From IMG/VR virus record IMGVR_UViG_3300045988_092936: 44,848 nucleotides of DNA. One strand, written 5' to 3'. The position numbers and the translations under genes are program-made. Positions within the stretch are counted from its first letter, which is position 1, and each line of letters opens with the position of its first letter. Below are positions 32,334-40,718 of this stretch, in pieces. The notes under the pieces are model-generated. The model was not told where the DNA came from. It searched no databases and saw only the letters and a list, made by a program, of their open reading frames with translations. This DNA comes from a virus.

Positions 32334-32405
32334 TTATTTTGCAAGTTTTTGCCCGAATAGCGATTTTTTCGCGGACGGGCAATTTTTTTGTAACATTTAA
32401 TAGCA

Positions 32406-32456
32406 TTTAATTGCCTTTAATTGCCTAAAATAGTCAAATAATAGTCTTTAATAGAC
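32406..32456. repeat. Direct-repeat cluster in the late/early switch region
   Basis: tttaattgcc occurs twice in tandem (32406-32425). AATAGTC / AATAGTC / AATAGAC occur at 32429, 32440 and 32450, at 10-11 bp phasing. Confidence 0.8.
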
Positions 32457-32492
32457 AAAAAAAGAGGCTTGCAAAATCTGCAAACCTCTTTT
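32457..32492 (-). terminator. Rho-independent (bidirectional-looking) terminator ending the late/lysis operon
   Basis: GAGGCTTGCA-aaatc-TGCAAACCTC is a 10-bp stem with 1 mismatch. It is flanked by A7 on the plus strand (T7 after the hairpin on the minus strand) and by TTTT. Confidence 0.8.
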
Positions 32493-32535
32493 CCGTAACA
32501 ATAAACAACACATTATAAATCATTCGCAAATTTAG

Positions 32536-33147
32536 CTACTTTTCTATTACTACAAACTCTGTTCCGACTATTTTCGTGTGCGGATTTTTTGAAACTACGT
32601 CTATTTGTCTGTTTTTTACTTTGTTTGTTTTCCACAAAAAGCCTAAAAAGCGTTTATATTTTACACTCTCGACTATTATAAGACTGTCGCGCACTTCTAA
32701 ACGCCCCTCAAACGTTTTATTTTTCATACATCCCTCTAAATCAATAAAGGGGGTATGTATGTCTATACACTGCAAAAATACTGTGTCAGAGGGCAAAAAA
32801 ACGATACTATCGCGGACGTTCGTTTTTAGTGTCTCGATAGTTTTTGTCTGTGTAGTCGTTATCTCTGACAAATCGCGATTGTGCAGCTTCAGTTCGTTTA
32901 TTATAGCCGCGTCGGCCGCCCTAAACCGTTCAAATTCCGACACTTTTAACGTCAACGCGTTTACGGTTGCAACTTGTAAACTGTCACGCACTGCATAACG
33001 TCTTATGTCTTGCATAAGCGTTTCAGTATTTGACATGTATTTATCGCGTTCCGCCGTCAAAGTCTCTATTTTTTTACCTCTTTCGCAGCAAATTATGCTA
33101 CTTGCCGCAAAGGCTGCAAGTGCAATTGTTGTTATTATTTTCCCCAT
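32536..33147 (-). CDS. Putative spanin-like lysis accessory protein (203 aa)
   Basis: N-terminal signal/anchor MGKIITTIALAAFAASSIICC, a coiled-coil-like middle and position as the last gene of the lysis cassette. Confidence 0.4.
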   Translation of the reverse strand: MGKIITTIALAAFAASSIICCERGKKIETLTAERDKYMSNTETLMQDIRRYAVRDSLQVATVNALTLKVSEFERFRAADAAIINELKLHNRDLSEITTTQTKTIETLKTNVRDSIVFLPSDTVFLQCIDIHTPFIDLEGCMKNKTFEGRLEVRDSLIIVESVKYKRFLGFLWKTNKVKNRQIDVVSKNPHTKIVGTEFVVIEK

Positions 33148-33725
33148 GCGAGTTTTTTTATTACGTTAATGTGTATTTTAGCTATCCTTTCGCGTCCGCT
33201 CTCTGAAAGCATTAATTTACAGTCCTTTTCGTTGTCCATGAAAAAATTTTCAGTCAAAACGGCGGGGCAAATGGTATGTCGGAGTATGTAAAAGTTTGCT
33301 TCTTTGTCCGCGTCCCCGTCTATATAATCTTTTCTTGTTTTCCACCCTGTAAATTCTTTTTCTGCTTCTGAGTATAACAACGTCGCTATTTCGTCCGCTT
33401 TTGTAGTGCCTTTCGACGTGTAGCATTCCCAGCCAGTGCCGCCGCCGGCGTTTCCGTGTATACTGAAAAGCACACAGTTATTATACATTTGTTGATACAG
33501 ATTCGCCCGGCGGCAACGTTCCTGTAATGATACGTCGTTTGTTTCCGGCGTCAATATCTCGTACCGAATTGCCAAATCGTCTAATTTGGCGGCGATACGT
33601 CGCACGATATCCCGGTTAAACTCCCATTCAAATAATTGGGAACCGTCCGCCCAAATGGGGGAACGTTTTCCGGCACAATTCACGCCATGCCCGTTATCGA
33701 GCAGAGGCATTATTCTTTGTTGCAT
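33135..33725 (-). CDS. Endolysin, N-acetylmuramoyl-L-alanine amidase (Amidase_3-like, 196 aa)
   Basis: LLDNGHG, EWEFN, FSIHGNAGG, GWECY and FYILRHTICPAVLTENFFMDN. An alternative ATG at 33710 makes a TAATG overlap with the holin. Confidence 0.8.
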   Translation of the reverse strand: MQQRIMPLLDNGHGVNCAGKRSPIWADGSQLFEWEFNRDIVRRIAAKLDDLAIRYEILTPETNDVSLQERCRRANLYQQMYNNCVLFSIHGNAGGGTGWECYTSKGTTKADEIATLLYSEAEKEFTGWKTRKDYIDGDADKEANFYILRHTICPAVLTENFFMDNEKDCKLMLSESGRERIAKIHINVIKKLAWGK

Positions 33726-34222
33726 ATTTTTTTCTTCTTAGGTTTTTCAAATTCTTCATCTAATCGCTTTATAATAGGTTGTATATAAGAGGGCAAAGCG
33801 CGTGTAAACTCTAATCTTATTATATGATATACTACTCGCAAAGCGATATTGCGCGGATACGCTATTATCAAGTTACGAAATGTATTTTGTGCATATACCC
33901 ACAAAAAAACGTATGTCAACGATTTTAATATTACTTGCCCTACTTTTATATCTCCCAGCTTGACAAATATAGTATATACGATGTTGATTATCAACAGGTA
34001 TAAAAACAGTTCACACAAGGCATTTTTGAACTTTTTGAATGAAAAGTTTTTGCACCTTGTTATCGAAATCCCGTCCGCCCGCATGCCCGCCCATATATTC
34101 ATCGCAAACATTAATATCAAAGCTACCATAAAATCCAGCGTTGGCGTAATATACGCCAACACCGGACTTATACAACTTATTGATATTAAGCGGCCTTGCT
34201 CAAAATTCAAAATCTTTTCCAT
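33710..34222 (-). CDS. Holin-like membrane protein (170 aa)
   Basis: Three to four hydrophobic segments and a charged tail EEFEKPKKKK. It lies immediately upstream of the endolysin. Confidence 0.6.
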   Translation of the reverse strand: MEKILNFEQGRLISISCISPVLAYITPTLDFMVALILMFAMNIWAGMRADGISITRCKNFSFKKFKNALCELFLYLLIINIVYTIFVKLGDIKVGQVILKSLTYVFLWVYAQNTFRNLIIAYPRNIALRVVYHIIRLEFTRALPSYIQPIIKRLDEEFEKPKKKKICNKE

Positions 34223-37200
34223 TACGAATTATATATAACGTTTTTGTCGTGCGGGTAAGTAACAAAATCGAATGTCTCAATATTTTGCTTACTGTCATAC
34301 TCACAAATACGTTCGAATTCTGAAGCAAACAAATATCCTATTCTCATTGCGGCAGAAGTATTAAACCCATTGCTATTACTATCCGCCCCGCCATAAAAGT
34401 GAACTCCGTCGGCCAAAAATCTACGTGTCATCTGTTCTACGCTTTGCCGTTTGTACTCCCACAAAGGCGGGGTATTTGCGCGCCTTGCAACGTCTACAAT
34501 AGGAATACTTAATCTGTTTGCTATCCATCTTAATTCCTTGTTACAATTTTCTTGCGCGGAATAACTAAATGATTGTGCATTAATTACATTTGTAGATATT
34601 ACAAATTTGCAATTCGGGAAAAGATTACCCACGCGCAAAACAATATACCGTACAGCCCCTGCAATTTTAAAAATCGGAACTTCGTTCATCTCGTTGAGGT
34701 AAGAAACATTATCTACATTGTGACGTATAAATATATTATCCATCAAATCATCATAAGAAAGTGAATTTGGATTTATGTCTACGCTTTTTATGTCATCTTC
34801 ATTTATATATGAAACGCCGCTAAAATTGCCTGTTACGTCTGTTCCTCTGCTCTTTCCCATGTCGTTTGAACAGCCGCATATAAAGACATAATCGGGTGTC
34901 GGTATACCATGTTGGACGCCGGGTTGTTCGTTATAGCGTGATATGGTATTTTCGAGCAAAGAGATAAACGAATTTGAGGGGGATTGAACAACATCATCTA
35001 CAAATGTTTTACTTGCGTCTGTGAGCGTATTTCCTCCCGCAGAAGAATTATATACGGACTTAGGTTTAACAGCTTCTACAAAATACCTCAACCATCCTGG
35101 CATAGAGCCGCCTTCAAATGTCGAAAGATTACCGTAGCCTCCCGCGAGACTATCGCCTAAAATCCAAATATTTTTAAACGTATTACGCTTTGTCAAGGAT
35201 ATTTCAGCCCCCGTTACTACCCCTGGATATATTAATTTTTCTGCACTTTTAATCGCTGCTAAAACGTCTTTTTCTTTGCAAACGATAACGGGGTAATCTG
35301 TTATATCCCCCTCATAAGCTGTTAGACATAATGCAACCTGGATATACATGTATTTTGCGCCTGCAGGGGCGGTGAATTTAATGTAACCGTTATATCCTAT
35401 ATTACTATTACCTATATTCCAAAATGTGGAAAATCCTTTTATATATGTTACATCTTCTTTTGTAAACGCACTAACTATCGATTTGTTTTCGTCTAAAAAA
35501 ATTACAGGGTTATCCGTTCGCATAGAGTCGTTCGCAATACCATTATGTCTTATGGCGTCGCCAACTATGTATGTCTCGCCCTCCACACAAGGCACATACA
35601 TAACTGCCCCAGCCTTGTTTTCAGATTGTATCTTGGGCTCTAATCTGTTATTTTTATAATATACAGCCGCATTTATTAAGTTGTATTTTGTAACTAAATT
35701 GCTACTTGTCGGCTGTACAAAATCGTTAGTCGGTGCTTCCGTCAAATATAAATCCGCATACCCGCCATTAAAATGTTTCAAAATTCGGCGGGTATCGACA
35801 ACTTTATTCGTAAACTCTAAATAATCAAATTCTGTTTTTGCGTTTTTGTCTCCTTGTGATGTTGCTATTAAGTTATTGCCTTTGTCAAACAAGTTGATTG
35901 TAAACCAATCACTATTGCCGCCAGCAGGCGCGGGCGAAATATGTACTTTGCCCCTGCACATCATTTCCTCGACGGGGAAATAATATGTATTATTGTCGCT
36001 GTTCTCCTCACGCCTCAAATAATATTCTTTGTGCTCGTTGCTTTCCGCTTGCTTCCAGCACCAAATTTTTTGCCTGTCTGCGTCGTCTTTTCCGTCAAAA
36101 TACAGCTCCCGCCAATCACCCGTGACGGAGTTTTTATACCTAAAGCGTTTGATAATCGGGCAGTCTTTAACGTATAGTAACGCGGTAGCATTATCTTTTA
36201 AATCGTACTTGCTATCAAGGCCGAACAAGTCTAATATTTCTTGCAGAATAGTGAATGTTGTCCCGTCCCACATGGGGGAAAGCAAATAGGATTTAGACAT
36301 TCCAGGGGAAAATAATTCTTTAAACGCAAACAGATTACGCCATTCTTGGTCCTTACATGGCAAAGTGGAAGAGACTACTAAATATTTATATACTCCTTCA
36401 TTTTTTGCTTCTGCGAAATACCCATCATTCTTCCAATTTCCCACTATCTCAAAATTGGGGCCCAAAAATACGTACTCGTAATCGGAAAAAAAGCGGCCAG
36501 TACCTAAGGTTTTTGCGCTTGCAAAGTCGACATTGTCAGCTCTAAAAACGTATGTACGTCCATTCGCCTTAAAACCATTTTGACCTGTGCTATTTCTTGA
36601 TACCCCACATAAAAAAGGCGTTTCTGTTGAGTGTACCCCTACAGGCTCACCCGCCAAATAACTTATGTCGTCGCTTCCCGGAAGACTTGTAGCCTGGTTG
36701 TTAATACTATATATATAAGCTAATTTTACCCCGTTTACTAAAGTCTTCGGGAAAGCATATATAATCGGAGAATTAGGGAATTTTGTTAAACTATATAAAT
36801 CTGTTTGTACGCGCTGCGCTTCGATTGCTGCACTGCCACTCTGATTCCCGCTCATTGTATTATAAAGCGAATGTGTCATAATAAATTTTACAATAGAAGT
36901 TTCTTGTACTGCCGAATCCGACCACGCTCCCGCCGATTTTGCAGCTATAAACTCATAAAATTTATTATTATACATAACGTATTGCCCTTTTTCATATCTT
37001 GTTGTAGTAGAAAATCCGGGAATTAATCCGCCTAATATCTTATCCGTCAACGCTTTTTGCGACATCACATCCGTTTCGCTGTCGCCCCACTCTTGCACGG
37101 CTTCCACCGTCGCGCCTGTCGTTGCTTTGATGTATTCTGCTAAGTTCGACGGTGTAGTGTCTGTGCCTTTCCACTGCCCCGCCGAATGCGCGGCGGTAAA

Positions 37201-37671
37201 TTTGAAAATGAGCCCTGTGTAACGCACAAAATCGCCTACTTTATAGCTTGTTTGCTCTGAAAATTGCGGCACGTCGTCTATGCCAACTATTGCGGTTACA
37301 GCACCTTGCGACATTACATCCGTCGAACTTGTGCCGCTGTTTTGTAATACGTTAGGAACAGAGGGAGCAACGAATACGCTTATTTTAGTCCAGCTTGTTT
37401 TATACAAAAATATAGCGACCTCGCCTTTGTTTACTACAAGATTGTTAAAGTATTGATACGTACCCTGCTGTGTCGCAATGTAAAATATTGCGCCGTCGGG
37501 TGTGCCTGGTGTTGTATCCGGTGTTGCAACACCTGCAAACGTCGCATTTTCGCCAAGGTTGTTGACTATCGAAAGCAACGTATTTTGCAATACTTGCCCC
37601 GTTATTTCCTCGTTGCCATTCTCTTTTATAACATCTTGAATAGCAGCTTTTAAGTTATCCCAATTTGCCAT
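34222..37671 (-). CDS. Tail fibre / receptor-binding protein with a C-terminal SGNH (GDSL) esterase domain (1149 aa)
   Basis: The SGNH blocks are IWILGDSLAGG (I), SSAGGNT (II), CGCSNDMG (III) and LADGVHFYG (V). An internal duplicated module of about 70 aa carries TDVMSQ...Y.VG.FV.Y....F.F.AA.SAG.W. Confidence 0.8.
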   Translation of the reverse strand: MANWDNLKAAIQDVIKENGNEEITGQVLQNTLLSIVNNLGENATFAGVATPDTTPGTPDGAIFYIATQQGTYQYFNNLVVNKGEVAIFLYKTSWTKISVFVAPSVPNVLQNSGTSSTDVMSQGAVTAIVGIDDVPQFSEQTSYKVGDFVRYTGLIFKFTAAHSAGQWKGTDTTPSNLAEYIKATTGATVEAVQEWGDSETDVMSQKALTDKILGGLIPGFSTTTRYEKGQYVMYNNKFYEFIAAKSAGAWSDSAVQETSIVKFIMTHSLYNTMSGNQSGSAAIEAQRVQTDLYSLTKFPNSPIIYAFPKTLVNGVKLAYIYSINNQATSLPGSDDISYLAGEPVGVHSTETPFLCGVSRNSTGQNGFKANGRTYVFRADNVDFASAKTLGTGRFFSDYEYVFLGPNFEIVGNWKNDGYFAEAKNEGVYKYLVVSSTLPCKDQEWRNLFAFKELFSPGMSKSYLLSPMWDGTTFTILQEILDLFGLDSKYDLKDNATALLYVKDCPIIKRFRYKNSVTGDWRELYFDGKDDADRQKIWCWKQAESNEHKEYYLRREENSDNNTYYFPVEEMMCRGKVHISPAPAGGNSDWFTINLFDKGNNLIATSQGDKNAKTEFDYLEFTNKVVDTRRILKHFNGGYADLYLTEAPTNDFVQPTSSNLVTKYNLINAAVYYKNNRLEPKIQSENKAGAVMYVPCVEGETYIVGDAIRHNGIANDSMRTDNPVIFLDENKSIVSAFTKEDVTYIKGFSTFWNIGNSNIGYNGYIKFTAPAGAKYMYIQVALCLTAYEGDITDYPVIVCKEKDVLAAIKSAEKLIYPGVVTGAEISLTKRNTFKNIWILGDSLAGGYGNLSTFEGGSMPGWLRYFVEAVKPKSVYNSSAGGNTLTDASKTFVDDVVQSPSNSFISLLENTISRYNEQPGVQHGIPTPDYVFICGCSNDMGKSRGTDVTGNFSGVSYINEDDIKSVDINPNSLSYDDLMDNIFIRHNVDNVSYLNEMNEVPIFKIAGAVRYIVLRVGNLFPNCKFVISTNVINAQSFSYSAQENCNKELRWIANRLSIPIVDVARRANTPPLWEYKRQSVEQMTRRFLADGVHFYGGADSNSNGFNTSAAMRIGYLFASEFERICEYDSKQNIETFDFVTYPHDKNVIYNS

Positions 37672-37687
37672 GATTATAAAGTTTTAG

Positions 37688-38557
37688 TTATTGTATTATG
37701 TTGAAGTCATTATTGAAATCGCCGTTAAAATCCGCGTGCCCGTTTATGTAGCCCCGCCCGATTTTCTTGACTACTGTATCCGTCTGAAATTCGCATTCTA
37801 CATTAGCCAAATTGCCCTGTTGTTGCCATTTCGGTTCGATTAAAAAGCTATCGACATTATACAGATGTCCGTATTTGTCAGTTACTTGCACAATGTCACT
37901 AAGCCGTATTAATCGCATTACGTCGCACAAATATTCGGGGGCAAGGAAAGAAAATTTATATGTTTTTTCGCTGATTTGCTTTTCGGGGAAAAAATACCCG
38001 TCGCGCTCTTCCCCCTCTTCCTCGAACTCATAATCGGGTATTCCCAGCTCGGTATTTAGATATAGAGTATTTTTAAAAGTCGGATTTTTGTAAACTATTT
38101 GCCCGTTATCAAAAACTAAGTTTTCAACGTCCCACCACTGTATTTTGAGATACGCAGAAACGTTTTGCACGACGGTTATTACTTCGCTGTACCATGCTTC
38201 AACGCTGTCAGACATCACAAAATAATAACGCCCGTCAAATTGATTTAACGGCATAGGCATGTAGGCGGGAAACAAAACAACGTCATATCCTAAGTTTTCA
38301 AACCTAACAATTTGCAAACCAGCGTCTTTTACATATTCTGTATAATCCGCTATTACTGCGTTTGTATTTGCGTTTACAACATTAAAAAACGTTATTTCGT
38401 TTGTCCTTGTTTTGCGTATTATCTGAAACGGCAAAAAGAAGTCAGCAGGGGCATATAAAGGATATATTTCCCCGTAAGCGTAGCTTTTCTTTGCTTGTTG
38501 CTCCGCCAAACTACTGTACCACGGGAGCACGCTTAAGTTATTATTATTCAGTATCAT
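37688..38557 (-). CDS. Tail / baseplate component (289 aa)
   Basis: Position between the 724-aa distal tail protein and the fibre, with a 14-nt overlap onto the upstream gene. Confidence 0.5.
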   Translation of the reverse strand: MILNNNNLSVLPWYSSLAEQQAKKSYAYGEIYPLYAPADFFLPFQIIRKTRTNEITFFNVVNANTNAVIADYTEYVKDAGLQIVRFENLGYDVVLFPAYMPMPLNQFDGRYYFVMSDSVEAWYSEVITVVQNVSAYLKIQWWDVENLVFDNGQIVYKNPTFKNTLYLNTELGIPDYEFEEEGEERDGYFFPEKQISEKTYKFSFLAPEYLCDVMRLIRLSDIVQVTDKYGHLYNVDSFLIEPKWQQQGNLANVECEFQTDTVVKKIGRGYINGHADFNGDFNNDFNIIQ

Positions 38558-40718
38558 ATTTCAATGTTGTATTTGCGACGTAACTACACAAATTTACACT
38601 TATTTTTTCTATTTGTCCGCTCCCTAAGTACGTTTTTATCAACGCAAGAGGGTTTATTTCCACGCTCGCGGGGAAAGACAATGTTTGTTTTTTGCGTCGG
38701 GCTATCGATTTTGCGTAATAATTGCCGCCGTTTATTTTTATGTCTTTTGCGGGCATGTCGTATAACCAAAAATTAGGCTGCAAATAAAAGTAAGACAGAT
38801 ACCCGTTTTGCAAGTGATAATCAATGCCTTGCACTGTCAAATCGACAAAAGGCAATTCTAATTGCCCGCCGCTGTCGGGTTCTACAGCTGCAAAAAGAGC
38901 GAAACCGTCCGATGACATTTCAGAGGGATTTAAAAGCAATAAATCAATGTCGGACGTAAAATTTGAAATCGTTATATCTTCAATTTTACCCTCTTGCACA
39001 TAAGGGCTTACAACTTCAACGGGGTTGCCCTCGAACATGGTCGAAACATCGTCCATCCATTCAAATTCATACCGTTCGGGCAACTCTTCTTTGTCAAACG
39101 TATAATTAGATGTCCCAAACGCCCACGTTTTGCCGTTGCGTACGTTTATTAGCTTTGTCAAATCATAACTTACAACGTTGTTTTTAGAGTAGCTTCCGCC
39201 GTTCCGGAAAAACTCTACATGTTCGATTTTTAATTTGTTATCTTCGATATACCAATACAGTTTGAACGTATCACGCAACATGTTTAATATTTGCTGCAGC
39301 GTGATAGGCGCGTTTTGCGCGGGCGTTTGATATTCTCCGTTTATTATGTTGCTTTTCTGACTTATAAGCAATGTAAATTGTCTTATCCCGCCGTTTAAGG
39401 GGTTTGAAGCTGCATACAGAAATTGACTATATTCTGTTGTTGCCTTGTGTGTTATTTCGGGCGCAAACTGCTGTAAAAGGACGTTTATTGTTGAGGATAA
39501 TGTAGCCGCGTCACGCAACGTATATGCCTTGCGCGCGTCTTCGTCCATGCTATCGTTTAACCAATAAAATTTGAACCAAATAGACGCATTACGCCATGTG
39601 GAGCGGGCTACAGGGTAAAAAACATCTGTTGATGTGCCCGCGGGCGGTAGGAAATAACGCCCGTCGTCCGCCTTGCCCCATTTCGTAGGCGTGTCAGAAT
39701 AATTATTTGATATATAAAAAGTATCGACATTGTAGGGTAATACTTTATGATAGTTTTTGTTATCCGCTACAATGTCATCCGCCGGCACATCATAAGTAGG
39801 AACGCCTTTAACTTCGTCAACGTCAGACAAATAACGCGCCATTATCGAGTAAACTTTTATATCTCCTGTCGTTGTGCCAAGGCCTTGCGCGGAAAGCGTT
39901 ATCGTTTCGTTCGTTATCCTGTTATTTTTCTGATTTTGATAAACAATGCTGCCTGTGACTTTTGATTTTAAAGTATATGTACTTACCCACTGAAGGCCGG
40001 CCGTTGCGGAATACTCTAAATAATACATGATATTTTCGTCCTCGGGCATAAACGTTGCACTTTCGTGTATTCCGCTGTCGTCTACTGTTATATGCCCTAC
40101 ATACACGCCGTTGAGGTCGTCGGGCGCGCCGTCCCCTGCTGTTAACGTTACTTCCGCGTCGCGGCTTGACAAAGCAAAATAATATTTACTTGCAAGCTCT
40201 GTTACATCGTCGACGGGGCTGTTAACGTCTATTTCAAACGTGTAATTGTTGAAAAAGCACGTAACTACATCATCCCCAGGAACATATACCTGTATAAGAG
40301 GGCGTTTGTAGATTGTCAAAAATTCGTTGTCGGGGGCAAGCTCGATTAAATTATATTCTTTTTCAAGCCCTGCAAGCACCTTGTTATATTCATCGTCTAC
40401 AGAGGGCTGCACCTCTATTTTTTCGTTATCTTCGTCTATAGTGCAGTCTGTTTTATAAAACTTGCCCTTGAAAATTTCGCTGTATGTTAGTCCGTAATCG
40501 TTTGAGTGCTCGATAGTAAATTTAAACTCTGTATTAAATGCTGCGGAGTTTATTAACGCAAAATCATTGCGCACAAAAGACAATTTCCCGGATATTTTTT
40601 TACGGTAAAAACGTTGATTTGATTCTAATTCGTAGTCTAAACTCAAATCATCCTTATAAATCGGGTAAACTTGTGTTTTCCCCCCGTTTATTTCTATGTA
40701 AAACCTGTATAAATTCAT
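38544..40718 (-). CDS. Distal tail / baseplate hub protein (724 aa)
   Basis: It lies immediately downstream of the tape measure, with an ATGA overlap. Confidence 0.55.
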   Translation of the reverse strand: MNLYRFYIEINGGKTQVYPIYKDDLSLDYELESNQRFYRKKISGKLSFVRNDFALINSAAFNTEFKFTIEHSNDYGLTYSEIFKGKFYKTDCTIDEDNEKIEVQPSVDDEYNKVLAGLEKEYNLIELAPDNEFLTIYKRPLIQVYVPGDDVVTCFFNNYTFEIDVNSPVDDVTELASKYYFALSSRDAEVTLTAGDGAPDDLNGVYVGHITVDDSGIHESATFMPEDENIMYYLEYSATAGLQWVSTYTLKSKVTGSIVYQNQKNNRITNETITLSAQGLGTTTGDIKVYSIMARYLSDVDEVKGVPTYDVPADDIVADNKNYHKVLPYNVDTFYISNNYSDTPTKWGKADDGRYFLPPAGTSTDVFYPVARSTWRNASIWFKFYWLNDSMDEDARKAYTLRDAATLSSTINVLLQQFAPEITHKATTEYSQFLYAASNPLNGGIRQFTLLISQKSNIINGEYQTPAQNAPITLQQILNMLRDTFKLYWYIEDNKLKIEHVEFFRNGGSYSKNNVVSYDLTKLINVRNGKTWAFGTSNYTFDKEELPERYEFEWMDDVSTMFEGNPVEVVSPYVQEGKIEDITISNFTSDIDLLLLNPSEMSSDGFALFAAVEPDSGGQLELPFVDLTVQGIDYHLQNGYLSYFYLQPNFWLYDMPAKDIKINGGNYYAKSIARRKKQTLSFPASVEINPLALIKTYLGSGQIEKISVNLCSYVANTTLKYDTE

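Noticed and set aside
34222-37671. Diversity-generating retroelement targeting the tail fibre
   Set aside because: No reverse transcriptase ORF exists anywhere in the genome, and there is no template/variable repeat pair. The only internal similarity is an in-frame domain duplication.
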